Source of the DNA: Bacteroidia bacterium
GTDB taxonomy: Bacteria; Bacteroidota; Bacteroidia; M30B66
Reading direction: 5' to 3'
Assembly: GCA_965279035.1 (NCBI GenBank)
Contig: OZ257142.1
Location: 3,584,001-3,648,000, forward strand
DNA length: 64,000 nucleotides
A model generated the notes under the pieces. That model worked only from the letters and a program-made list of their open reading frames with translations. It was not told the DNA's origin and did not search any database. The position numbers were made by a program, and so were the translations under genes. This document shows positions 18,977 through 27,012 of this stretch, one piece after another. Every line of letters begins with the position of its first letter. Positions within the stretch are counted from its first letter, which is position 1.

Positions 18977-20017
18977 ATGATCATTTATTCATCCGCTTCG
19001 CTGCACCAAACCGCTGTTCACTTTGTTGGAAATCCTTCTAACGATGATCCGCTCACACTTTCCGAAAGTCTCCTCGAAATTCAGGACGATGATCAGGAAC
19101 CGATTCTTAACTACCTTATGCGCGCTTTCAAACCCGAAGCGTTCTACCATTTTACCACCAACGGCAACCTCGTTTATGATGCTGTAAAAGAACTTTTCGA
19201 CGAAAAAGGAAATTTCCTAGAAGCTTCTCAAACCATTGCCAGTCACTTATATGATGTGTCTACTCATCCACGCATTTTGGCTGGTGATTTATTTGTAGCA
19301 CGCATTCGCGAAGTAAGTCTGCACAACGAATACGCCGATTGTATTGTGCTCCTCAAAGCCGAGGTAGAAGATAAATTCGCACAAGTAGAATGGGCCGATA
19401 AACACAGTCAGGTGAAGCTTTCTAACGGCTATCGCCTCGATCGTATCGACAAAGCCTGTCTCATTTTCAGTTTAGAACCTGGCGATGGTTATCGTGTGCT
19501 CGTAGTTGATAAAACCAATGGTAATTCTGCCGAAGCGCAATATTGGACAGATGCTTTTCTTGAGCTCGAAACACTCGAAGACAGCTACCATTTTACCCAA
19601 CAATACATGCAGCTCACGAAGGAATTTGTGAAAGAACAACTTCCCGAAAATTTTGAGGTGAATCCTGCCGAACAAATTGCATTATTAAACCGCAGCTCTA
19701 AGTACTTCAAAGAAAAGCAACAGTTCGATTTCGATAATTTTGCCGATGAAGTCATGCAGCAGCCCGAAGTGGTTAGCGCATTCCGCAAATTCACCGAATC
19801 GTATTCCGAAGATCCCGACCACAGCATTAGCGAGAATTTCGACATATCTCAAGCAGCTGTAAAGAAACATGCGGGCATGTTCAAGAGCGTCCTCAAACTC
19901 GATAAAAACTTCCACATCTACGTCCACGGAAACCGCCAACTCATCGAACGTGGCTACGACGACGAAAAAGGAATGAATTACTACAAGGTGTTTTTCAGCA
20001 ACGAACAGACCACGTAG
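18977..20017 (+). CDS. Nucleoid-associated protein (YejK/NdpA-like, Bacteroidota type)
   Basis: 'VHFVGN', 'HLYDVSTHPRI', 'IDKACLIF', 'YWTDAFL', 'KSVLKLDKNFHIYVHG'. ATG at 18977 preferred. Confidence 0.8.
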   Translation: MIIYSSASLHQTAVHFVGNPSNDDPLTLSESLLEIQDDDQEPILNYLMRAFKPEAFYHFTTNGNLVYDAVKELFDEKGNFLEASQTIASHLYDVSTHPRILAGDLFVARIREVSLHNEYADCIVLLKAEVEDKFAQVEWADKHSQVKLSNGYRLDRIDKACLIFSLEPGDGYRVLVVDKTNGNSAEAQYWTDAFLELETLEDSYHFTQQYMQLTKEFVKEQLPENFEVNPAEQIALLNRSSKYFKEKQQFDFDNFADEVMQQPEVVSAFRKFTESYSEDPDHSISENFDISQAAVKKHAGMFKSVLKLDKNFHIYVHGNRQLIERGYDDEKGMNYYKVFFSNEQTT

Positions 20018-20022
20018 TGGTC

Positions 20023-20325
20023 GCACCCCCGGACTTCAGTCCGGGGATTTCTCTAATTAGCAATCCTCATCATTTTCAGTCCGAGGCTTTCTCAAATAAA
20101 TTCCAATCCCTCTAGCACCCCCGGACTTCAGTCCGGGGATTTCTCTAATTAGCAATCCTCATCATTTTCAGTCCGAGGCTTTCTCAAATAAATTCCAATC
20201 CCTCTAGCACCCCCGGACTTCAGTCCGGGGATTTTTCTAATTAGCAATCCGCATCATTTTCAGTCCGAGGCTTTCTCAAATAAATACCAATCTCTCTAGC
20301 ACCCGCGGACTTCAGTCCGTGGATT
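20023..20325. repeat. Tandem 92-bp repeat (three full units plus a fourth hairpin) built on CCCCGGAC-TTCA-GTCCGGGG
   Basis: Hairpin units start at 20023, 20115, 20207 and 20299. Intervening sequence is nearly identical between units. Confidence 0.92.
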
Positions 20326-20348
20326 CCCTTGAGAAGCATTAAACCTAA

Positions 20349-20446
20349 TTGGGCGGCCGAGCAGGCTATCCATTACAAGTCCTCTCACATGCCGTCGCTT
20401 AAGCTATGGCATGTGCTGCGGGCTTTTCATTCCTATCCTTGCCGCG
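20349..20446. other. Structured GC-rich intergenic element, possibly a Bacteroidota repeat or ncRNA
   Basis: Outer GCGGC/GCCGC pairing, inner stem CACATGCCGT/ATGGCATGTG, and 'GGCTATCC...CAAGTCCT...GGGCTTT...CTATCC' layout. Confidence 0.45.
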
Positions 20447-20559
20447 AGCGTATAAGGTGAAGCTTCCGTTATTAGTTAAGCATTGTAGTGGTACCTGGCA
20501 TAACAGATATGCCGCACTGATGGGGCTAATTGAATAATAGCAACTCTCGTAATTCGTAA

Positions 20560-21150
20560 TTATTTCCTAATCCTCACAAACACCTCTTTCCCTGCCCGTG
20601 GTGCAATAGAATTATAGCATGCTTCTATTTTCACTTCGCTGAAATAGCGCTCAAACAAATCTTGATAATCCTCTCTCCTTCCACCAAACGGCGGACGATC
20701 ATTATTCTTAGGATCATCAAACATCAAACCGACTAACTTTCCATTCGGCTTTAATAAACTGGACATTTTTTGCGCATAAGCATCCCGTAATTTTGGATCA
20801 AGCGCACAGAAAAAAGTCTGCTCAATGATGATATCAAACGCATCCTGCAATTGAAAAAAATCCACATGGAGCAATTGCGCTTCAGGGAAATCGGAATGAC
20901 GCTCTTGGAAACGAACTAAAGGTGCTGCCACGATATCGCAAATCCAAACGTTCTTAAATCCTTGCTCCCATAAATAAGCCGCTTCCCAAGCATTGCCTGC
21001 ACCGGGAATCAGAATCTTCAGGTTTTTATTCGTCAATTGATTAAAATATTCTTTCAGGGGTTGAGATACGCGCCCCATGTCCCAAGCCGTTTCGCCTGTT
21101 ACATAACGTTCTTCCCAAAAACCTGCATTTAATTCTAGTTCAGTTTTCAT
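20560..21150 (-). CDS. Thiopurine S-methyltransferase-like SAM-dependent methyltransferase
   Basis: 'FWEERY..GETAWD', 'ILIPGAG', 'EQTFFCALDP', 'PPFGG'. Start at 21150 (MKTELE). Confidence 0.88.
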   Translation of the reverse strand: MKTELELNAGFWEERYVTGETAWDMGRVSQPLKEYFNQLTNKNLKILIPGAGNAWEAAYLWEQGFKNVWICDIVAAPLVRFQERHSDFPEAQLLHVDFFQLQDAFDIIIEQTFFCALDPKLRDAYAQKMSSLLKPNGKLVGLMFDDPKNNDRPPFGGRREDYQDLFERYFSEVKIEACYNSIAPRAGKEVFVRIRK

Positions 21151-21532
21151 AAAATTCAATTGGTAATCCATCAGGATCATTAAAAAAGCAAAAACGCTTC
21201 CCCGTATATTCATCCACACGAATGGCTTCTGTTTCCCAATGGGCGGCATGTAAAAATCCTAGTGCTATTTCTAAATCTGCCACGGCAAAAGTTAAATGGC
21301 GCAATCCACAAGCTTCCGGGCGACTCATTCGGGCAGGTGATTCTGGAAAAGAAAACAATTCTAACACATACTGCTCACCCAATCCCAAATCGAGCTTCCA
21401 AGATTTTCTCTCTTCTCGGTAGTTTTCGGCAAGTATGTTCAGTCCGAGTAATTCAGTGTAAAACCATTTCGAGCGGGCATAATCAGAGCAGATTATGGCC
21501 ACATGATGAATGGATTTTAGCTGAATGCCCAT
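21140..21532 (-). CDS. VOC/glyoxalase family protein (YaeR-like)
   Basis: 'IHHVAIICSDY', 'ELFSFP', 'RPEACGLRHL', 'DPDGLPIEFYE'. Confidence 0.9.
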   Translation of the reverse strand: MGIQLKSIHHVAIICSDYARSKWFYTELLGLNILAENYREERKSWKLDLGLGEQYVLELFSFPESPARMSRPEACGLRHLTFAVADLEIALGFLHAAHWETEAIRVDEYTGKRFCFFNDPDGLPIEFYEN

Positions 21533-21535
21533 GCC

Positions 21536-22948
21536 TTAGTTTTTACGATCCAATACAACAATGTTTTCCACGTGGGTAGTTTGCGGAAACATATCTACCG
21601 GTTGAACAGATACCACTGAATACGCTTGATCGAGTAATATTAAATCGCGGGCTTGTGTGGCTGGATTACAACTCACATATACAATTCGTCTCGCTCCGCT
21701 TTCAATCAATCGCTTGGTTACATCATCATGCATTCCAGCTCGAGGTGGATCAGTTATAATAACATCCGGTTTTCCATGGGTTTCGAAAAATCCTTCTACC
21801 AACACATCTTTCATATCACCAGCAAAAAAGCTCACATTGTCCACGCCATTTACTTCAGCATTAATCTTCGCATCGGCAACCGCTTCTGGCACATACTCCA
21901 CACCGACTACCTTCTTAGCTAATCCAGCAACAAACAAAGCAATCGTTCCCGTTCCAGTATATAAGTCATATACCACATCGTCTTTAGTAATTCCAGCAAA
22001 AGCACGTGTATGCTTGTAGAGTTCGTATGCCTGCTCTGAATTAGTTTGATAAAACGATTTTGGTCCAATGCGGAATTTCAACCCTTCCATTTCTTCCTCA
22101 ATAAATCCAGCACCCGAATGCACAAAAATTTCGAGATCCGAAATAGTATCGTTTCGCTTGGTATTAATGGTATACAACAAGGAATGAATTTGCGGAAAGG
22201 CCTTTTTTAAATCATCTAACAAGGTAAAAACTTCGGGCAAAGCATCGGTTATACTCAAGCAAACCATCCATTCGCCTTTGCTATTGTTACGCAACAACAA
22301 ATTGCGCATCACACCCGTTTGCTCCATCAAATTGAAAAACGAAATCCCCAATTCTTTCGCGCGTTTCTCCACAAACAAACGCATCGCATTGCTCGGATCG
22401 GGCTGCAAATAACAGTTGTTGATTTTTAACACTTTATCAAAACGCCCCGGAATATGAAATCCCAAAGCTGCACGATCGCTGAATTCGTCTTTACTTCCAA
22501 TCTCTTCTTCTGTCAACCAACGACTCGCCGAAAAGGTGAACTCCAATTTATTACGGTAATAGTATTCAGTTGCTGAACCGTGAATCGGAGCAATTTCAGG
22601 AAGCGGTACTTTGGCAATCCGAGTGAGGGCATCTTTTACTTGTTTGGCTTTGTGTTTCAACTGATCAGCATAGGAAATCACCTGCCATTTACATCCACCA
22701 CAAATTCCAAAATGTTCACACTTAGGTTCAACACGGATAGCACTTCGTTGATGAAATTGAATCACTTTCCCCTGACGAAATCCGCTCTTCTTACGTGTGA
22801 TTTGAACATCTACAACATCGCCAGTTACCGCTTGTTCCACAAAAACCACCATGCCTTCGTGGCGTGCAACGCCCATTCCTTCAGAAGCCAAATCGGTGAT
22901 TTCTAGACTGTGATATACTTGTGGAGCCTGCGTTCGTGATCTTCCCAT
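21536..22948 (-). CDS. rlmD: 23S rRNA (uracil-1939-C5)-methyltransferase
   Basis: TRAM domain, 'CEHFGICGGC', 'SFYQTN', 'DLYTGTGTI', 'DPPRAG', 'YVSCNPAT', 'DMFPQTTHVE'. Confidence 0.95.
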   Translation of the reverse strand: MGRSRTQAPQVYHSLEITDLASEGMGVARHEGMVVFVEQAVTGDVVDVQITRKKSGFRQGKVIQFHQRSAIRVEPKCEHFGICGGCKWQVISYADQLKHKAKQVKDALTRIAKVPLPEIAPIHGSATEYYYRNKLEFTFSASRWLTEEEIGSKDEFSDRAALGFHIPGRFDKVLKINNCYLQPDPSNAMRLFVEKRAKELGISFFNLMEQTGVMRNLLLRNNSKGEWMVCLSITDALPEVFTLLDDLKKAFPQIHSLLYTINTKRNDTISDLEIFVHSGAGFIEEEMEGLKFRIGPKSFYQTNSEQAYELYKHTRAFAGITKDDVVYDLYTGTGTIALFVAGLAKKVVGVEYVPEAVADAKINAEVNGVDNVSFFAGDMKDVLVEGFFETHGKPDVIITDPPRAGMHDDVTKRLIESGARRIVYVSCNPATQARDLILLDQAYSVVSVQPVDMFPQTTHVENIVVLDRKN

Positions 22949-23001
22949 GAATCAAAATTTTTGCGCAAGTTCAGGAAATTGGGCGAATGGGCGTAATAAA
23001 C

Positions 23002-23009
23002 TAACTTTG
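23002..23009 (+). promoter_or_regulatory. -7 box (TAACTTTG) upstream of rocD
   Basis: Perfect TAnnTTTG in the rlmD/rocD divergent region. Confidence 0.55.
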
Positions 23010-23094
23010 TCGGGCTTTCTAATTTTCATTCTGCTTTCCCAAATCGTTGAAAAAAGGGAGGAACATCCTTTCGAAAGCACTCAAATTCAGCTAT

Positions 23095-24342
23095 ATGCAG
23101 CATTCATCCAAAACAAGTACACATCTATTAAACGGAAATCAACATTTCATTCAACTCGAAGAAGAACATTCTGCGCATAATTATCATCCAATTCCAGTTG
23201 TTCTCGAACGTGGCGAAGGTGTGTATGTATGGGATGTTGAAGGAAAACGATATTTCGACTTCCTTTCAGCTTATTCTGCTGTAAATCAGGGGCATTGCCA
23301 CCCAAAAATCCTAGCTGCACTTATACATCAAGCTCAAACATTATCCCTTACTTCTCGCGCATTTCATAATAAAGCCTTCGCCGAATTTTCAGAATATATA
23401 ACATCCTATTTTGACTATGATCGCTTCTTGCCCATGAACACCGGTGCCGAAGCAGTTGAAACCGCTCTCAAATTGTGTCGCAAATGGGCTTATCAGAAAA
23501 AAGGACTTCCTGAAAATGCCGCTAAAATTCTCGTCTGCTCTGGCAATTTCCATGGAAGAACCATTTCGATTGTTTCTGCATCTACCGATCCAGATGCACG
23601 CAAAGAATTTGGTCCTTACACTCCTGGTTTTGAAGTCATTGAATACAATAGCATTCCTTCATTAGAAAAAGCTCTTCAAGATCCACATGTGGCTGGTTTT
23701 CTTATCGAACCCATTCAAGGAGAAGCAGGTGTGATGGTTCCCGAAGAAGGATATTTGAAAGCGTGTTACGATCTCTGTCAAAAACACAATGTCTTATTCA
23801 TTGCCGACGAAATCCAAACAGGAATTGCTCGTACAGGAAAGCTTCTCGCCATTGATCACGAAAACATCCATGCTGATATTCTCATCCTAGGGAAAGCACT
23901 TTCGGGTGGAATGTATCCTGTATCTTGTGTTTTAGCGAGCGATGAAATCATGTTATGCATCAAACCGGGCGAACATGGTTCAACTTATGGCGGGAATCCA
24001 TTGGCATCTAAAATTGCGATGGCCGCTCTACAAGTTGTTCGCGATGAAAATCTTGCAGAAAATGCTCACAATCAAGGTGAAAAGTTAAGAGCTGCTCTTA
24101 GAGCAATTCCAAGTAGCCGAATACAACTAGTTCGTGGTAAAGGACTCCTTAACGCCATTGTGATTATAGAAAAAGAGGGAATTACAGCTTGGGATATTTG
24201 CATTCGCCTGATGGAAAATGGTTTATTGGCGAAACCTACGCATGGAAATATCATTCGATTTGCTCCTCCTTTAATTCTTAATGATGATCAATTACAAGCA
24301 TGTATCACAATCATCAATGATACAATTTGCTCATTTGATTAA
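23095..24342 (+). CDS. rocD: Ornithine aminotransferase
   Basis: '[10 protein letters not shown]', '[16 protein letters not shown]', 'EPIQGEAGV', 'DEIQTG', PLP lysine in 'LGKALSGG'. Confidence 0.95.
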   Translation: MQHSSKTSTHLLNGNQHFIQLEEEHSAHNYHPIPVVLERGEGVYVWDVEGKRYFDFLSAYSAVNQGHCHPKILAALIHQAQTLSLTSRAFHNKAFAEFSEYITSYFDYDRFLPMNTGAEAVETALKLCRKWAYQKKGLPENAAKILVCSGNFHGRTISIVSASTDPDARKEFGPYTPGFEVIEYNSIPSLEKALQDPHVAGFLIEPIQGEAGVMVPEEGYLKACYDLCQKHNVLFIADEIQTGIARTGKLLAIDHENIHADILILGKALSGGMYPVSCVLASDEIMLCIKPGEHGSTYGGNPLASKIAMAALQVVRDENLAENAHNQGEKLRAALRAIPSSRIQLVRGKGLLNAIVIIEKEGITAWDICIRLMENGLLAKPTHGNIIRFAPPLILNDDQLQACITIINDTICSFD

Positions 24343-24345
24343 GGA

Positions 24346-24840
24346 ATGAAACGTTCCAGATTCCTTATTTCCCTCTGCCTAATTGCTTTAATTGCTGGAG
24401 GAATTCATCTTTATTTTCGATATCAGGTTGCTCCATCATTTCTGCTCCCTGAAATTAAAATGACTGATTTAGAAGGCATTCCCGTTGTCCATACCCATGG
24501 ACAAAACACCATATTGCTGTTTTTTGGAACCTGGTGCCGCGATTGTCGCAAAGAACTTCCTATGCTGACTTTACTTGAGCAGCAAATCATTGAAAAAGAC
24601 ATTCGCGTTATTCTGGTAAGTGATGAAGATCCATCCAAATTGAAAGAATTTGGAAAAACTCTTCCATCTCGTTTTAGCTTACTTCATTTAACAAAGAAGT
24701 TTAGCGAAAACGGAATCTATACCTTGCCTACAAGCTATCTCTATTGCGCCGACGGATCCATATTCCTTAAAAAGACAGGCGCAATCGAATGGACTGAAAC
24801 ACTATTGAATGATTTTGTTTCTGACTGCCCCCAAAAGTAA
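24346..24840 (+). CDS. TlpA/ResA-like thioredoxin-fold protein
   Basis: N-terminal anchor, 'FFGTWCRDCRKELP' CXXC, 'LPTSY'. Confidence 0.85.
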   Translation: MKRSRFLISLCLIALIAGGIHLYFRYQVAPSFLLPEIKMTDLEGIPVVHTHGQNTILLFFGTWCRDCRKELPMLTLLEQQIIEKDIRVILVSDEDPSKLKEFGKTLPSRFSLLHLTKKFSENGIYTLPTSYLYCADGSIFLKKTGAIEWTETLLNDFVSDCPQK

Positions 24841-24841
24841 A

Positions 24842-24879
24842 ACGGCAAAAGCGATATCTAGGTAGATTGCTTTTGCCGT
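24842..24879. terminator. Strong hairpin, candidate terminator (T tract on the minus strand)
   Basis: ACGGCAAAAGCGAT / ATTGCTTTTGCCGT 14-bp stem. The minus strand continues ...GCCGTTTTACTTTT. Confidence 0.6.
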
Positions 24880-24988
24880 CTTTCGCCGAAGCGTATGTGA
24901 AGATGGTTTGTGATAGACATTACTCGAATGCCTGAGCAAGTATACACCCTAAAATTAATTTTGTGAAAATATACACATGTACAAATTG

Positions 24989-25028
24989 GGGGACAAGCCA
25001 CTATCACCGTGGTCAATTTCGTGGACAA
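24989..25028. promoter_or_regulatory. Three direct repeats of G(T/G)GG(A/T)CAA, candidate regulator binding sites
   Basis: GGGGACAA 24989-24996, GTGGTCAA 25009-25016 and GTGGACAA 25021-25028, in an AT-rich region upstream of the TPR/LuxR genes. Confidence 0.5.
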
Positions 25029-25102
25029 TAATTATATGTATCTAATATTCATTACTTTATGAATTAGCTTTTAGCTATTTTTTTTTGCAACTTGCGAAAG
25101 CG

Positions 25103-26938
25103 ATGAATAGAAAACACAGGGCATTATTATTAATTTATAGTTTTTTCACCCTATTAATTGCGTCTTGTAGCAATTCAGAATCTAAAAAAGAGGCTAAAAA
25201 TGATTTAATATCAATTCAAGAGGCTTTTAAAACAGATTCAATATTAACCGTAAGATATAGATCCATTGCATCTAGTATCGATTCCATTTCTGATATAAAT
25301 GCTCAAGATTCATTGCTAAGAGCCTATTATCTGAATCATGAACAAGAATACCAACCTCAAGAGTTGATAAAATCGATTGCTCTTTATGAGAAGCAATTTT
25401 CCAGTTCAAAAAGCGCTTTCGGTTTTGCCAATGAAGAACGAGCTATTGTTTTTTTACGAACGAGCCAATTGGATACAGCCGGTTTTTATGTGAATAAAGC
25501 CTTGATTGCTTATGAAGAATCTGGCGAACGTAAATCACTTGCTCGATGCTATAATGTTCAAGCTGGTATTCTTGGATTTCAAGGTCGATTGGATGATACG
25601 TTTGAAAGTCAATTCAAAGCACTCGACATATATAAAGCACTAGCAGATAGTAATGGAATTTATGAAACCATCCGTGAATTAGGAAATACCTGCTACCGTC
25701 AACACTTGTTTGATCGAGCTCTTTCACTTTTTCAAAAGAGCCTTACCTATTATATTGCCCAGCGCGACACGTTCATGCAGGCCGATTTATACAATGCCAT
25801 AGGAAATTCATACCATCAGCTCAACAAACAGAAAGAATCAGAACAAGCAGTTTATAAATCCATTGAGCTAAAGAAAAAAATTAAAGATGACTTTGGAATG
25901 GCCGAATCCTATGGAAGTCTTGCACTTATATCTATGGGACGCAATGATTGGCAAGAAGGCAAAGAGCTTTTAGAGAAGTCAATTGCGATATTTGAACAAA
26001 TTGGTGATACTCGGGGATTATATTCTATGATGTACAATCTCGGTGTATGTGAGATGGAATTGAATCATCTTCAATTAGCTGAAAAAATCTTTAATGAAGT
26101 TATTGAGACTTCTCAAAAAAATGGAATACAAGAAGAAAGTCTACAACGAACACTTCAAAGGAAATACAGTATCCTCAAAAAAGAAGGTCGTATACAAGAG
26201 GCTTCAGAATGCCTTGAAACTCTTTTAGCCATGAAAGACACATTATTTTCTCAAGAAAAGAACCGCTTTTTTGAAGAAATGAATGTGAAATATGAGACAC
26301 AACTGAAAGAAGAAAAACTGCAAAACATTCAAAATGAAAATGCTCGAATTCGAGAAAAACGATTCTTTCTTATTATCGGACTTGTAATCGTTATCTTATT
26401 AAGTATTGGATTATTCTATTTGCTTATCAAACGAAATCAACAAGCTCGACTTTTGCATTCTGCCGAAAGCATGCTTCACCAAAAACAATTGGATGAAACC
26501 TTGCGTGAACTTGCTTTTAATAGAAAACAACTCGATAATTTCACCCAACATCTAGTCGAGAAGAATAAATTTATCAATGACCTTGAATCGAAAATATCTA
26601 CAAAAACGGATACACCTACTGAAGTTCAGGATGATGAACTTGCGTTTTCTAACTTAATGCAACTTAAAATTCTTACCGAAGAAGATTGGATAAAATTTAA
26701 GCTCTATTTCGAAAAAGCCTTTCCAGGTTTTATTCTCAAATTAAGAACAGAATATTCCAATTTAACGGGTTCTGAACAAAGACTCTTCTTACTTATTAAA
26801 TTAAAAAATGACTCACGTGAGATGTCCGATATGCTAGGAATTTCAATGGAAAGTGTTCGTAAAAATAAATATCGCTTAAAGAAAAAATTATTACTCGATG
26901 AAAATCAAAGTCTAGAAGAGTTCATTATGAATTATTAA
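25103..26938 (+). CDS. Membrane one-component regulator: lipoprotein-like signal, TPR sensor, TM helix, LuxR-like HTH
   Basis: 'LLIASC', TPR repeats, TM 'FFLIIGLVIVILLSIGLFYLLI', 'LTGSEQRL...MLGISMESVRKNKYRLKKKL'. Confidence 0.82.
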   Translation: MNRKHRALLLIYSFFTLLIASCSNSESKKEAKNDLISIQEAFKTDSILTVRYRSIASSIDSISDINAQDSLLRAYYLNHEQEYQPQELIKSIALYEKQFSSSKSAFGFANEERAIVFLRTSQLDTAGFYVNKALIAYEESGERKSLARCYNVQAGILGFQGRLDDTFESQFKALDIYKALADSNGIYETIRELGNTCYRQHLFDRALSLFQKSLTYYIAQRDTFMQADLYNAIGNSYHQLNKQKESEQAVYKSIELKKKIKDDFGMAESYGSLALISMGRNDWQEGKELLEKSIAIFEQIGDTRGLYSMMYNLGVCEMELNHLQLAEKIFNEVIETSQKNGIQEESLQRTLQRKYSILKKEGRIQEASECLETLLAMKDTLFSQEKNRFFEEMNVKYETQLKEEKLQNIQNENARIREKRFFLIIGLVIVILLSIGLFYLLIKRNQQARLLHSAESMLHQKQLDETLRELAFNRKQLDNFTQHLVEKNKFINDLESKISTKTDTPTEVQDDELAFSNLMQLKILTEEDWIKFKLYFEKAFPGFILKLRTEYSNLTGSEQRLFLLIKLKNDSREMSDMLGISMESVRKNKYRLKKKLLLDENQSLEEFIMNY

Positions 26939-27012
26939 ATATTTTTTCGACTCCCCATTAAAACTGCGATTTCAAAACTAAAAGATTGGATATTTACACA
27001 TTCATGCTTTGA

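Noticed and set aside
20023-20325. CRISPR array
   Set aside because: Sequences between the hairpins are near-identical copies rather than unique spacers, the period is 92 bp, and no cas genes are in the window.
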